From assembly GCA_963699755.1 (NCBI GenBank), contig CAVOVB010000007.1:288001-352000 (forward strand): DNA of 64,000 bases, in the 5' to 3' direction. The notes under the pieces are model-generated. The model did no database searches, was not told the DNA's origin, and saw only the letters and a list, made by a program, of their open reading frames with translations. This DNA is from an uncultured delta proteobacterium. GTDB taxonomy: Bacteria; Myxococcota_A; Polyangia; Polyangiales; Houyiibacteriaceae. Positions 53,408 through 62,172 of the stretch are shown here, piece after piece (the stretch's first letter is position 1; every line of letters begins with the position of its first letter). Position numbers and translations under genes: made by a program.

Positions 53408-53436
53408 TTCCTACGTGCCGGCTCGCGCGAAGTCAA
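53408..53436 (-). promoter_or_regulatory. Promoter of the tRNA-tuf operon
   Basis: TTGACT-N17-TAGGAA followed by GC-rich discriminator AGCCGCCGCC. Confidence 0.55.
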
Positions 53437-53476
53437 GGTAATCAGCCGGTCGAATCTGACTACATAGACCTACATT

Positions 53477-54733
53477 TCAGCAGAGCCGGGACGGGGAATC
53501 AGCCTTCGCGGTTTCGACGCGGTTCCGCCCGTTGGCCTTCGCGCTGTACATGGCGCTGTCCGAGGCCTTGAGGAGCAGGTCGAGCTCTTCGCCGTGCTCA
53601 GGAAACGCGGCCACTCCAACGCTTGCCGTCACCGAAAGGTACGGCGCGTTCGGGATCTTCATCTTCTCGACCGCAGCCCTGCAGCGCTCAGCAGCGCCCA
53701 TCGCTTGCTTCAAGTCTGCCCCTGGAAGAAGAACCACGAACTCCTCGCCGCCGAAACGCCCGACGATGTCTCCCGCACGCAAAGTGGATTGCATCGCGCG
53801 TGTCGTCTGCTGGAGTACCAGGTCCCCGCGCGCATGACCGTGGGCGTCGTTGATGCGCTTGAAGTGATCCAAATCGAGCATCAAGACCGCGAAGGGCGTC
53901 GCATCGCTGCGGGACTTGAGGAGGGCGCGTTCCATCACGGACATGGCAAAGCCGCGTGTGTAGGCTCCCGTTAGAGAATCGAACTGGGCGGCTTCGGACA
54001 GCGATCGCTCGTCCCGTCGCCATACGCTGATCAGGTGGTCCATGACGACCGCCAGCGGAATGTAGATCAGCGCCGCAGCGACTGCTCGCTCCGCTGTCAC
54101 GCTGGCAGTGTCCGAGTGCTCGAGGGCGACCTCGAACAAGGATTGAAACGGAAGCAGCCCAGCTTTGCCGGCGAAGTGCATCACGAACATCGAGAGGAGC
54201 CAGCCGCCGACGGCGAGCCAGAGCCAGCGGCGCTCGAGAAGCACCATGCCCAAGAGAAGAGCAGCCACGGTGATCAAGCCACTTACCGCCGTGTACGGGC
54301 CGAGCGCGTAACAGACCGCCGTTCCCGTCAAGACGTGCGCCGCAATGGTGACGACGAGGAGCGAAGAGATTTTGGCCTCTCGCCGTTCGTAAAACAAACG
54401 GGTCCAGACGTAGAACCCGAGCCAGAAGAGCAGGCCGGCAACGGAGAGGATCGTCGTCGTTCGCAACGCTGCTTCGCCGGCTGGACGCTGGAGGAGGAAG
54501 GGCCAGCCATCAAGCACCGCGAAGCAGAAGCTCACGATCAGCATCAGAAGCGCGGTTAGAAACTGGACGTATAGTGAGCGGTCCCGAGCATTCCAGCGAA
54601 AGGGCGAGCCCGTGGGGAGAAGCGGCACGCCGAAAGGATTCAAAGACACTCGCGTCCGGGGGCGTGCCCGGCTCTTCGCTCCATCCGAAGGAGAGCGAAC
54701 ATGCGGCGGCTCGCTCTGTAGACTGACGACCAT
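53477..54733 (-). CDS. Membrane-bound diguanylate cyclase
   Basis: About 6 TM helices; DSLTG, DLDHFKRIND, I-site RAGD, GGEEF. Confidence 0.92.
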   Translation of the reverse strand: MVVSLQSEPPHVRSPSDGAKSRARPRTRVSLNPFGVPLLPTGSPFRWNARDRSLYVQFLTALLMLIVSFCFAVLDGWPFLLQRPAGEAALRTTTILSVAGLLFWLGFYVWTRLFYERREAKISSLLVVTIAAHVLTGTAVCYALGPYTAVSGLITVAALLLGMVLLERRWLWLAVGGWLLSMFVMHFAGKAGLLPFQSLFEVALEHSDTASVTAERAVAAALIYIPLAVVMDHLISVWRRDERSLSEAAQFDSLTGAYTRGFAMSVMERALLKSRSDATPFAVLMLDLDHFKRINDAHGHARGDLVLQQTTRAMQSTLRAGDIVGRFGGEEFVVLLPGADLKQAMGAAERCRAAVEKMKIPNAPYLSVTASVGVAAFPEHGEELDLLLKASDSAMYSAKANGRNRVETAKADSPSRLC

Positions 54734-54775
54734 GTCCCCTCTTTCAGGGTAGCAAGGAACCAGGCAGGGGGTTCA

Positions 54776-55147
54776 CTAGGCCGCGTCGTGCAGGCCAATC
54801 GGACGGGTTGCCAGGACGAGCTCTCGGACTCGAACCCAGCGGCGAAGCGAGCGCCAATGGGCGTTGGCCATCACCAGAAACCGAATCGCAGTATCGTTGA
54901 ACAGATAGCCATGGCTGTCGCGGACGACCTCCGCCCCGATCCAGAGCGCCGCGGGCTCACCAGGTAGGCTGAGGCGAATTTGCAGGCGATCGCTCTGCCG
55001 GTTGCCCAAGATGGCCAATGAATCGAGCTGCAAACCGTGCTCCCCTAGGCTGGTCACGAATGCAGGCAAGACCTCTTCGTCAGCGACGAGCTCTGCGTAG
55101 AGCGCCACCGGAACGAGTATCTCGCGCTCTGGGCCCATAGGCATCAT
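54776..55147 (-). CDS. Degenerate PilZ-like domain protein
   Basis: LSLPG...W..AEVV...AIRF..M...LRRWV resembles the PilZ barrel; RxxxR and (D/N)xSxxG not intact. Confidence 0.5.
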   Translation of the reverse strand: MMPMGPEREILVPVALYAELVADEEVLPAFVTSLGEHGLQLDSLAILGNRQSDRLQIRLSLPGEPAALWIGAEVVRDSHGYLFNDTAIRFLVMANAHWRSLRRWVRVRELVLATRPIGLHDAA

Positions 55148-55298
55148 CTCCGACGCTAAGGGGAGGCACCGAAGGGGGCAAGAAAGCGACCGGATACGGG
55201 AGGTCCCGAAACGCTCTCATTCCGAGGCGCTGCGCGCTGGGGTCAATCCAAAGGCGCACCTGGTTTGACGGACTGTGCAGGCCTGTGGTACCCGAAAA

Positions 55299-55316
55299 TG
55301 AATGGTCGTTCATTCA
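55299..55316. promoter_or_regulatory. 18-bp palindromic operator overlapping the TetR start codon
   Basis: TGAATGG-TCGT-TCATTCA; TTGACG at 55265-55270 upstream. Confidence 0.6.
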
Positions 55317-55919
55317 ACAACCGACAAGCGAAGAGGGTCGACGCCCGACAAGCGGGACCGGATTCTCAAGGCCGCGATCAAAGTCTTCGCAAAGAACGGC
55401 TTCTACGCGACACGGGTGAGCGATATCGCCAGGGCTGCCGGAGTCGCAGACGGCACCATCTACCTCTACTTCAAGAACAAGGAGGATGTCCTGATCACGA
55501 TCTTCGCAGAAGGGATCGGGCAACTGCTGACGATCCTGCAGGATGTCGCGGAATCGGACGAAAGGTTTGAGACCCGGATCAGGCAGATCGTCGAGCTGCA
55601 GCTAGGCTTGCTGGAGGAGCAGCGTGACCTCGCAGAGGTGATCACCGTGAACCTTCGGCAATCGTCTCGTCTGCTGAAGCAGTATGCCACGCCGCTCTTC
55701 ATGGAGTACATCGACGTGATCGCCGGCGTCGTTCGCGACGGACAGCAGGAAGGTGCGTTTCGCAAGGACCTCAACCCGCGCGTCGTCGCCCGAAGCTTGT
55801 TCGGCGCCTTGGACGCGATTTTGCTGACTTGGGCGCTTGGAGATGGCGATCCTCCAGCGTTGCGCAAGGCCGCTGCCCATTGCGCGAGCCTCTTTCTCGA
55901 GGGCCTCCGCCAGCGCTAG
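55302..55919 (+). CDS. TetR/AcrR family regulator (FadR/YsiA-like)
   Basis: ILKAAIKVFAKNGF..TRVSDIARAAGVADGTIYLYFKNKED; GQQEGAFRKD; LFGALD. Confidence 0.9.
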   Translation: MVVHSTTDKRRGSTPDKRDRILKAAIKVFAKNGFYATRVSDIARAAGVADGTIYLYFKNKEDVLITIFAEGIGQLLTILQDVAESDERFETRIRQIVELQLGLLEEQRDLAEVITVNLRQSSRLLKQYATPLFMEYIDVIAGVVRDGQQEGAFRKDLNPRVVARSLFGALDAILLTWALGDGDPPALRKAAAHCASLFLEGLRQR

Positions 55920-55942
55920 CGAAATCGGCGAGGATCGGCCGC

Positions 55943-56629
55943 TCAATTGTCGGGTCGAGATCGCACGCCCTGCATCGCGGCCACGCAGCTGCTCTCGTAA
56001 ATGACGCCGTCGCACCCGGTGACCTCGGGGCCCTCCGATGGGCAGCTCATCGGCCGATCCTCGCAGCCGCCCGGGCCATCGCAGGCGATGGCATTGCAGT
56101 ATTGATTTGCGGCGCAATCCTGGTTCGTCGTGCAGTCGCACATGCCGAGCGCCGAGACGCGCGCGCCGGACTGGAAGGCGGTGCATGCGTTGCTGTAGGT
56201 CACAGCGTCGCAGCCGCAGACCTCCTGGACGTCCGCTGGATCGCAGCTCTCGGGTTTCGGCGAACAGGTTCCGGGGTTGCCGCAGCTGTCATCGAGCGCA
56301 CAGAACTGGCTCTGCACGCACTCGCCATTGTTCTGGCAGACACAAGGCTGGTTCGTGGCGAGGCGAACGCCAGCCATGTCGGCGAGACAATCGCTCTGGT
56401 AGGTCTTGCCGTCACAACCACAGACTGGATTGTTCACATCGTCGCACATCACGGGTCGCTCGATGCAGACGCCGATGCCCCCTTCGCAGAGCCCGGTCGC
56501 GCAGAGCTCTGTCGAAGCGCAGTCCGTGTTGCTGCGGCAAGCCTCGTCGATGCGGCCTGCGCTGGTGTCGCAGGCCACGAGGAGCAGGACTAGGCACGGA
56601 GCCATGAAATCTGAACGGCGCTTGATCAT
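55943..56629 (-). CDS. Cys-rich lipoprotein with three Kazal-like repeats
   Basis: LVAC lipobox; PVCGCDGKTYQSDC, EVCGCDAVTYSNAC, EVTGCDGVIYESSC. Confidence 0.8.
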   Translation of the reverse strand: MIKRRSDFMAPCLVLLLVACDTSAGRIDEACRSNTDCASTELCATGLCEGGIGVCIERPVMCDDVNNPVCGCDGKTYQSDCLADMAGVRLATNQPCVCQNNGECVQSQFCALDDSCGNPGTCSPKPESCDPADVQEVCGCDAVTYSNACTAFQSGARVSALGMCDCTTNQDCAANQYCNAIACDGPGGCEDRPMSCPSEGPEVTGCDGVIYESSCVAAMQGVRSRPDN

Positions 56630-56744
56630 TCGGACGGCACGGTAGCCCAACGCACCGAGAACCGACAGGAACGAGCCGTCCGATTTGACAGGATCGTCTT
56701 GAGAATGTTGCGGGGTCGTAACGTTGATAGCCGACCTGGGCCGG

Positions 56745-57608
56745 CTAGCGAATCGCGGCATCGACCAGCTCTTCGCTCACCTCCCAGAGCCTGCGCGCGG
56801 CTTCCTCGTCGCGGGCGGGCTTGCTGGGCCTGACCTCCGCCACTCTGTCGAAGTAACGACCCGTGACGCCCTCGAGCTCGGGCGACGTGGCAACGTGCAC
56901 CGAGGTCTTGGCGCCCTCCGCTTCCGACATGACGATCAGTCGCGCGAGCGCTGAGCGGTGCAGAGCGTTGAGGAAGACGTTGTTCCGCGTGATGCGGCTC
57001 CGCACGTTACCGGGATTGAGGGAATTGGACGTGATCCCCAGACTCTTCCAGCGGCGGGCGAGCTCGTTCGAAAACATCACATTCGCGAGCTTGGAGTGGC
57101 CGTAGGCCCAGAAGCCTCGCCAGCCCTGCTCGAACATCAAGTCTTCCCAGTTGAGTGACTTTGGGCGCACGTGCATCGAGGACGAAACGTTGACCACCCG
57201 GGGCCCGGCGCCGGCGAAGAGCGTGTCCTTGAGCTCGTTCGTGAGCAGAAAATGGGCGAGGTGATTCACGGCGAAGGTCTCCTCGTAGCCGTCCTTGCTG
57301 AGCGTCCGTTCTCGGTGCCAGACGCCTGCGTTGTTCACCAGGACGTCGAGCGAGGGGAAACGCCTCTTGATCTCCGCCGCCAGCTGCCGAACCTCCGGCA
57401 GCGAGGAGAAGTCGGCCTGGAAGGTCTCGATTCGCCCGCCTCCACCGGCGCGAAGCTCCTCGGCGGCCTTCGCAAGGCGTTCCGCATTGCGGCCGACGAT
57501 CCCGACGACATCGAAGCGCGAGATCAGACCCCGCGCGGTCTCCAAGCCGATTCCGCTGCTTCCACCGGTCACTACCGCGTAGCGAGTGCCTTTGGTCTCC
57601 CCGCGCAC
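56745..57608 (-). CDS. Short-chain dehydrogenase/reductase (retinol dehydrogenase-like)
   Basis: TGGSSGIG, NNAG, VNHLAHF, YGHSK. Confidence 0.92.
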   Translation of the reverse strand: MRGETKGTRYAVVTGGSSGIGLETARGLISRFDVVGIVGRNAERLAKAAEELRAGGGGRIETFQADFSSLPEVRQLAAEIKRRFPSLDVLVNNAGVWHRERTLSKDGYEETFAVNHLAHFLLTNELKDTLFAGAGPRVVNVSSSMHVRPKSLNWEDLMFEQGWRGFWAYGHSKLANVMFSNELARRWKSLGITSNSLNPGNVRSRITRNNVFLNALHRSALARLIVMSEAEGAKTSVHVATSPELEGVTGRYFDRVAEVRPSKPARDEEAARRLWEVSEELVDAAIR

Positions 57609-57673
57609 GACTCATTTCTATCATAGCCGAGCAGGGTGAAAGGGGCGAGCAGCCGACTGCGGGGCCACCCTCC

Positions 57674-57702
57674 TTGACAGCTCTGCAAAACGCTCCTAGA
57701 TC
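57674..57702 (+). promoter_or_regulatory. Sigma70-type promoter for etfBA
   Basis: TTGACA-N17-TAGATC; GAGGAGG SD before GTG 57760. Confidence 0.5.
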
Positions 57703-57759
57703 GCCTGCGATTTTCAGCATTTAACAGCCTTGCACGGCTCCATGTTCTGAGGAGGAAAT

Positions 57760-58611
57760 GTGAAGATCCTCGTATCCATCAAGCGCGTTGCGGATCCGGA
57801 CAACGCAAGCAAGCTCAAGGTGAGCGGCGACGGCAAGACCGTCACATCGGAAGGCCTCGAGTGGAAGATGAATCCATTCGACGATTGGAGTCTCGAGGCC
57901 GCCCTGCGATTGACCGAGAACGCCGCGGAGAAGAACGCGCGTGTCGGTGAGGTCGTGCTGGTTTCGATCGGCCCGAACGACGAGCACACCCAGCGGATCA
58001 TCCGCGAGGGTCTCGCAAAAGGCGCCGAGCGCGGCATCCTCGTCGAAGCTGACGAGGGCAACCTGGACGGCGCGGTGGTCGCAGCGATCCTCAAGGGCGT
58101 CGTGGACAAAGAAAGTCCCGACCTGGTCATGATGGGAAAGCAGGCAGCCGATGGCGACTCGAACGTCGCCGGCACCAAGCTCGCTGAGAAGCTGGGCTGG
58201 CCGGTCATCAACTCCGCCATGCACATCATGACCGCCGACGATGGGAAGACCCTCGAGGTCAAGCGCGAGCTCGACACAGGCGTCGCAACCGTCAAAGTCA
58301 CTGGCCCAGCCGTCATCACCACCTCAGACCGTATCCTTCACCCGGAGTCGGTGCAGAACGGCGTGACCCCCGACGGCCACCAGTATGCGAAGCTGGAAGT
58401 CGGCGGTCGCTACGCATCCCTCAAAGGCATCATGCAGGCCAAGAAGAAGCCTATCGATCAGATGTCGATCGCTGACCTCGGCGTCGACACCGCAAAGGCG
58501 CTCAACTACACGAAGTTCGAGCTGCCCCCGGCGCGCTCGGGTGAAACCACGTTCGTCGAGGATGCCGCGGATCTCGTCGACAAGCTGCACAACGTGGCCA
58601 AGGTCATCTAA
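57760..58611 (+). CDS. etfB: Electron transfer flavoprotein beta subunit
   Basis: MKILVSIKRV.D, MNPFD, GKQAADGD, RYASLKGIMQAKKKP. Confidence 0.95.
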   Translation: MKILVSIKRVADPDNASKLKVSGDGKTVTSEGLEWKMNPFDDWSLEAALRLTENAAEKNARVGEVVLVSIGPNDEHTQRIIREGLAKGAERGILVEADEGNLDGAVVAAILKGVVDKESPDLVMMGKQAADGDSNVAGTKLAEKLGWPVINSAMHIMTADDGKTLEVKRELDTGVATVKVTGPAVITTSDRILHPESVQNGVTPDGHQYAKLEVGGRYASLKGIMQAKKKPIDQMSIADLGVDTAKALNYTKFELPPARSGETTFVEDAADLVDKLHNVAKVI

Positions 58612-58641
58612 CCTTCGAGAAACGGAAAGGAAGCATCAGAC

Positions 58642-59604
58642 ATGGCTAAGGTTCTCGTTGTTGCGGAGTTGCTAGAGGGCAAGGCACGCAAAACCACCCT
58701 TTGTGCCGTCACCGCCGCGAAGCAGATCGCGGAAGGAACGGGCGGCTCATTCGACATCCTCTCCATCGGAGAAGGCGCAGGCGCGGCGGCCGAGGAGCTT
58801 TCGGGCTACGGCGCGGCAAAGGTGCTCAAGGCGGAGATCGCCGGCGGGTACACCTGTGAGAAGTACGCTGCGACCGTCGCAGAGGCTGGCAAGGGCTATG
58901 ACGTCCTGGTGGCTTGTGCGAGCGCCTACGGCAAGGACTTGCTCCCGCGCGTGGCCGCCAAGCTCGGTGCTGGCGTGGCGTCCGACATTTCGGCAGTGCA
59001 CATCGACGGCGGCAAGCTGTCGTACACCCGTCCGATGTACGCTGGCAATGTGTACGGCACCGTCGAGATCCTCACCGGCAAGCAGGTCGTCACCGTCCGT
59101 CAGTCGGAATTCGAGGCAGCGGCGGCCTCCGGAGGCACGAGCCCCTCGGAAGACATCGCCGTGCAGAGTGACCCGGCCGCGGACAAGGTCGAGTTTCTCG
59201 GCGTCGAGGTGGTGAAGAGCGAGCGCCCAGATCTGGGCGATGCTGACATCGTCGTCTCAGGAGGCCGTGCACTCAAGAGCGCCGACAACTTCACCAACGT
59301 GATCGAGCCGCTCGTCGATGCGCTCGGCGCGGCAATGGGCGCCTCGCGTGCGGCCTGTGACGCCGGATATGTGTCCCCAGAGCTTCAGGTTGGCCAGACG
59401 GGCAAAGTCGTCGCTCCGAAGCTGTATGTCGCGATTGGCATTTCAGGGGCCATCCAGCACTTGGCCGGCATGAAGGGCAGCAAGACCATCGTGGCGATCA
59501 ACAAGGACAAGGAAGCGCCGATCGCTCAGGTTGCCGACTACTTCCTGGTCGCCGATCTCTTCGATGCGGTGCCGGCGCTCACCGAGGAAGTGAAAAAGCT
59601 GTAA
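58642..59604 (+). CDS. etfA: Electron transfer flavoprotein alpha subunit
   Basis: [34 protein letters not shown]. Confidence 0.97.
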   Translation: MAKVLVVAELLEGKARKTTLCAVTAAKQIAEGTGGSFDILSIGEGAGAAAEELSGYGAAKVLKAEIAGGYTCEKYAATVAEAGKGYDVLVACASAYGKDLLPRVAAKLGAGVASDISAVHIDGGKLSYTRPMYAGNVYGTVEILTGKQVVTVRQSEFEAAAASGGTSPSEDIAVQSDPAADKVEFLGVEVVKSERPDLGDADIVVSGGRALKSADNFTNVIEPLVDALGAAMGASRAACDAGYVSPELQVGQTGKVVAPKLYVAIGISGAIQHLAGMKGSKTIVAINKDKEAPIAQVADYFLVADLFDAVPALTEEVKKL

Positions 59605-59630
59605 GCCTCACCGGCTGAAATCGCTAGAAG

Positions 59631-59667
59631 AAGCCCGGGGGATCTAGCCTCTCGGGCTTTCTATTTG
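59631..59667 (+). terminator. Intrinsic terminator after etfA
   Basis: aagcccggggg-loop-ctctcgggctt followed by tctattt. Confidence 0.65.
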
Positions 59668-59719
59668 GCCTGCTGCTTTTTTGTGGCCGAGGGCTCTGTT
59701 GATCCTGCACAATTCCGAG

Positions 59720-60232
59720 ATGGCCTGGTCCGTCGCTGCCCTGCTGCTGCTCGCCGTGGTGCTCGTCGCACCGGCCGAGGTCAGGCGCCGGCGTCGACGG
59801 CAAGCTGCCGATCCGCTTCGCAGCCCGCACCGGGCCGCGCAGCAAGACCGCGCGCCCGCACCCACTTCTGGGCCGGCCGGGGAGGCCGAGCCTAGTCCCT
59901 CGAAGAGCTGCCCCGTATGCCTTTCGGAGTATCCGACCAAGAATCGCTTCTGCGTCAGCGATGGAGCAGAGCTGATGGACTGCCAGACCTCGGGGCCTTT
60001 TGCCCAGGGGATGATCTGTCCAACTTGCCGGCGCGGCTATCCCTTCGATTCGAGCTTTTGCCCTGAAGATGCGGACGAATTGGTGCCCTACGGCCTTTTC
60101 GGCGCCGCAGGCTCGAACCGCCTTCCCCTGAGGCGCGATACCAACAAAATCTGCCCCGAATGTGGGATTCGTCACTCCGCAACCCACCTCTTCTGTGGCC
60201 AGGACGGCACCGAGCTCGTGGCCCTAAACTGA
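59720..60232 (+). CDS. Membrane-anchored protein with three zinc-ribbon repeats
   Basis: N-terminal hydrophobic helix then RRRRRR; CPVC..FCVSDG, CPTC..FCPEDA, CPEC..FCGQDG. Confidence 0.7.
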   Translation: MAWSVAALLLLAVVLVAPAEVRRRRRRQAADPLRSPHRAAQQDRAPAPTSGPAGEAEPSPSKSCPVCLSEYPTKNRFCVSDGAELMDCQTSGPFAQGMICPTCRRGYPFDSSFCPEDADELVPYGLFGAAGSNRLPLRRDTNKICPECGIRHSATHLFCGQDGTELVALN

Positions 60233-60412
60233 AAGAAGAGCCAAGGATTCGAGCCAAGGGGGGTCCAATGACTCGGAATCAACCTTGGTGGACTTCTTGC
60301 TTGGGATAGGATCGGGCCGCTATGATCGCGGTGCTAAAGGGGAATCTTCGATCCGGTACAACTCGACTTGTCGCCCGAGTTGCCAAGGGCCGGGGGAGAC
60401 TGGGGGCAATAG

Positions 60413-62104
60413 ATGAAGATCGTTTGCGATAGCTGCGGGGCCAAATACTCGATCGCCGACGAAAAAGTCGCTGGGAAAATCTTCAAGATCCGATGCAAGA
60501 AGTGCTCGTCGGTTCTGGAGGTTCGCGGCGACCAGACCGGTGCAAACGCAGTCGACCAGCCGCTTGCGACTCCAGCTCGCGGCAGCGAACCGACCTGGTA
60601 CATCGTGATCGATGGTGAGCAGAAGGGGCCCGTGGCTCCGATCGAGCTGAGTCGACTGTTCGCGAAGGGCAGCGTGGGTCTCGACTCCTATGTCTGGAAC
60701 GAAGGATTCGAAGACTGGAAGATCGCAGGAGAGGTCCCCGAGCTCGCGCAGATCTTTGGCGCTGCCGCTTCGCAGGCCGGGCGCCCGCAGGCAGTGGCCG
60801 ACGACACCGAGGCGTTCGCGAGCCGTGGCGACCTCTTCGGCGCCAACGAAGGCCGCGAGCCCACGAGCGAGATCGACACGAACAGCAGCATGTTTGCCGG
60901 TTTCGAAGAGAGCCCGACGCCAACACCTTCGGGAGCCGAGCGTTCCCCCTTCGCAGCGGCCTCTCAGGACGCCGGCACCTCAGTGGGCGGCGGCGCAATG
61001 GGTATGTCCGCGCCTCAACGCATGACGGGCCAACGCAACGAAAACTCGGTCCTGTTCTCGCTTAGTAATTTGCAGCAGCTCGCGTCGCGCGGCGGCTCGC
61101 CTGTTCAATCCGCTACGGTCGCGAGCCAGCGTCCCGCGGCATCGCTTAACGCGCAGGGCCTTGCTTCAACATCTGGCGAGGGCTCCGGGCTCATCGACAT
61201 TCGAGCACTCGCAAAATCGACGACGCCAGGCACCAGTGCCGCCCCCTCGCAGGCGGTCGACGATCTGCTTGCCATCGGAACCGGCGCCGGAGCGGCGTTT
61301 GGCGCACCCCTGCTCGGACCGGCACCCGATGAATCCTCTGACCGAAATCGATGGCTGTGGATCGGAGGCGTTGCGATCGCGGTGATTGCGATCGTCGGTG
61401 CAGGAGTGGGCGTCGGGATGGCAATCGGAGGCTCCGACGAGGACGCGCTTGAGATCACCGCGGAAGCCCAACCCACTCCGGCCCACGCGATCCCAGAATC
61501 GAAGCAGGCGGCGGTCGCCGCTCAATCGCCCATCGAGCCAGCTGACGAGGCGCTCGCCGCTAGGGAGCCTATCGAGGCCGCGACGATCGAGGACAATACA
61601 CCTGAGACCGCACCCGAGCTTGTGGAGCCGGCGCCCAAGAAGCCCAGCACGGCCGGCAGCAAGTCGGAGCGACGCCCACGCGCGAGCAGGACCAAGGACA
61701 GGGCGACGCCCGAGCCTGAGCCGGCGCCCAAGAAGCGGGGTGGCAATCTCGATGCGCTCATGGACGAGGTGGTGGGCGGCTCTTCTTCGAAGCCCGCCGA
61801 GACCAAGACGTCATCCGGCTCCGCCGAATCCAGCCTGCCCGATGCGCCGTCGCGCGACGATGTGAAGACTGCGCTTCAGGGTGTCAGCGGCGCTGTGAAG
61901 GCTTGCGGGAAGAGCGACGGCGGTACCGCCACCGTCAACGTTACATTCAGCGGAAAGACGGGCCGGGTCAGCAATGCCAACGTTGCTTCGGGGCCCTTCA
62001 AGGGGACGCCGGTTGGCTCCTGCATCGAGGCGGCGGTCAAACGCGCCCGGGTCCCGCGATTCAAGCAGTCGACTTTCAAAGTCACGTTCCCATATCGTCT
62101 CTGA
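60413..62104 (+). CDS. GltJ/AgmX-like protein: zinc ribbon + GYF_2 + linker + TM + TonB-C-like domain
   Basis: MKIVCDSCGAKYSIADEKV..KIRCKKC; WYIVIDGEQKGP...YVWNEGFEDW; single TM; C-terminal VKAC...GSCIEAAV...FPY. Confidence 0.8.
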   Translation: MKIVCDSCGAKYSIADEKVAGKIFKIRCKKCSSVLEVRGDQTGANAVDQPLATPARGSEPTWYIVIDGEQKGPVAPIELSRLFAKGSVGLDSYVWNEGFEDWKIAGEVPELAQIFGAAASQAGRPQAVADDTEAFASRGDLFGANEGREPTSEIDTNSSMFAGFEESPTPTPSGAERSPFAAASQDAGTSVGGGAMGMSAPQRMTGQRNENSVLFSLSNLQQLASRGGSPVQSATVASQRPAASLNAQGLASTSGEGSGLIDIRALAKSTTPGTSAAPSQAVDDLLAIGTGAGAAFGAPLLGPAPDESSDRNRWLWIGGVAIAVIAIVGAGVGVGMAIGGSDEDALEITAEAQPTPAHAIPESKQAAVAAQSPIEPADEALAAREPIEAATIEDNTPETAPELVEPAPKKPSTAGSKSERRPRASRTKDRATPEPEPAPKKRGGNLDALMDEVVGGSSSKPAETKTSSGSAESSLPDAPSRDDVKTALQGVSGAVKACGKSDGGTATVNVTFSGKTGRVSNANVASGPFKGTPVGSCIEAAVKRARVPRFKQSTFKVTFPYRL

Positions 62105-62172
62105 CTCGACCGGCCGCGCCGCCCCAACCGCACACCGCCGACCCCCACCCAAGGGCCGATCCGCGAATTCGA

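Noticed and set aside
53393..55300. Possible integrative element next to the tRNA cluster
   Set aside because: No integrase, no duplicated tRNA 3' end and no obvious compositional shift
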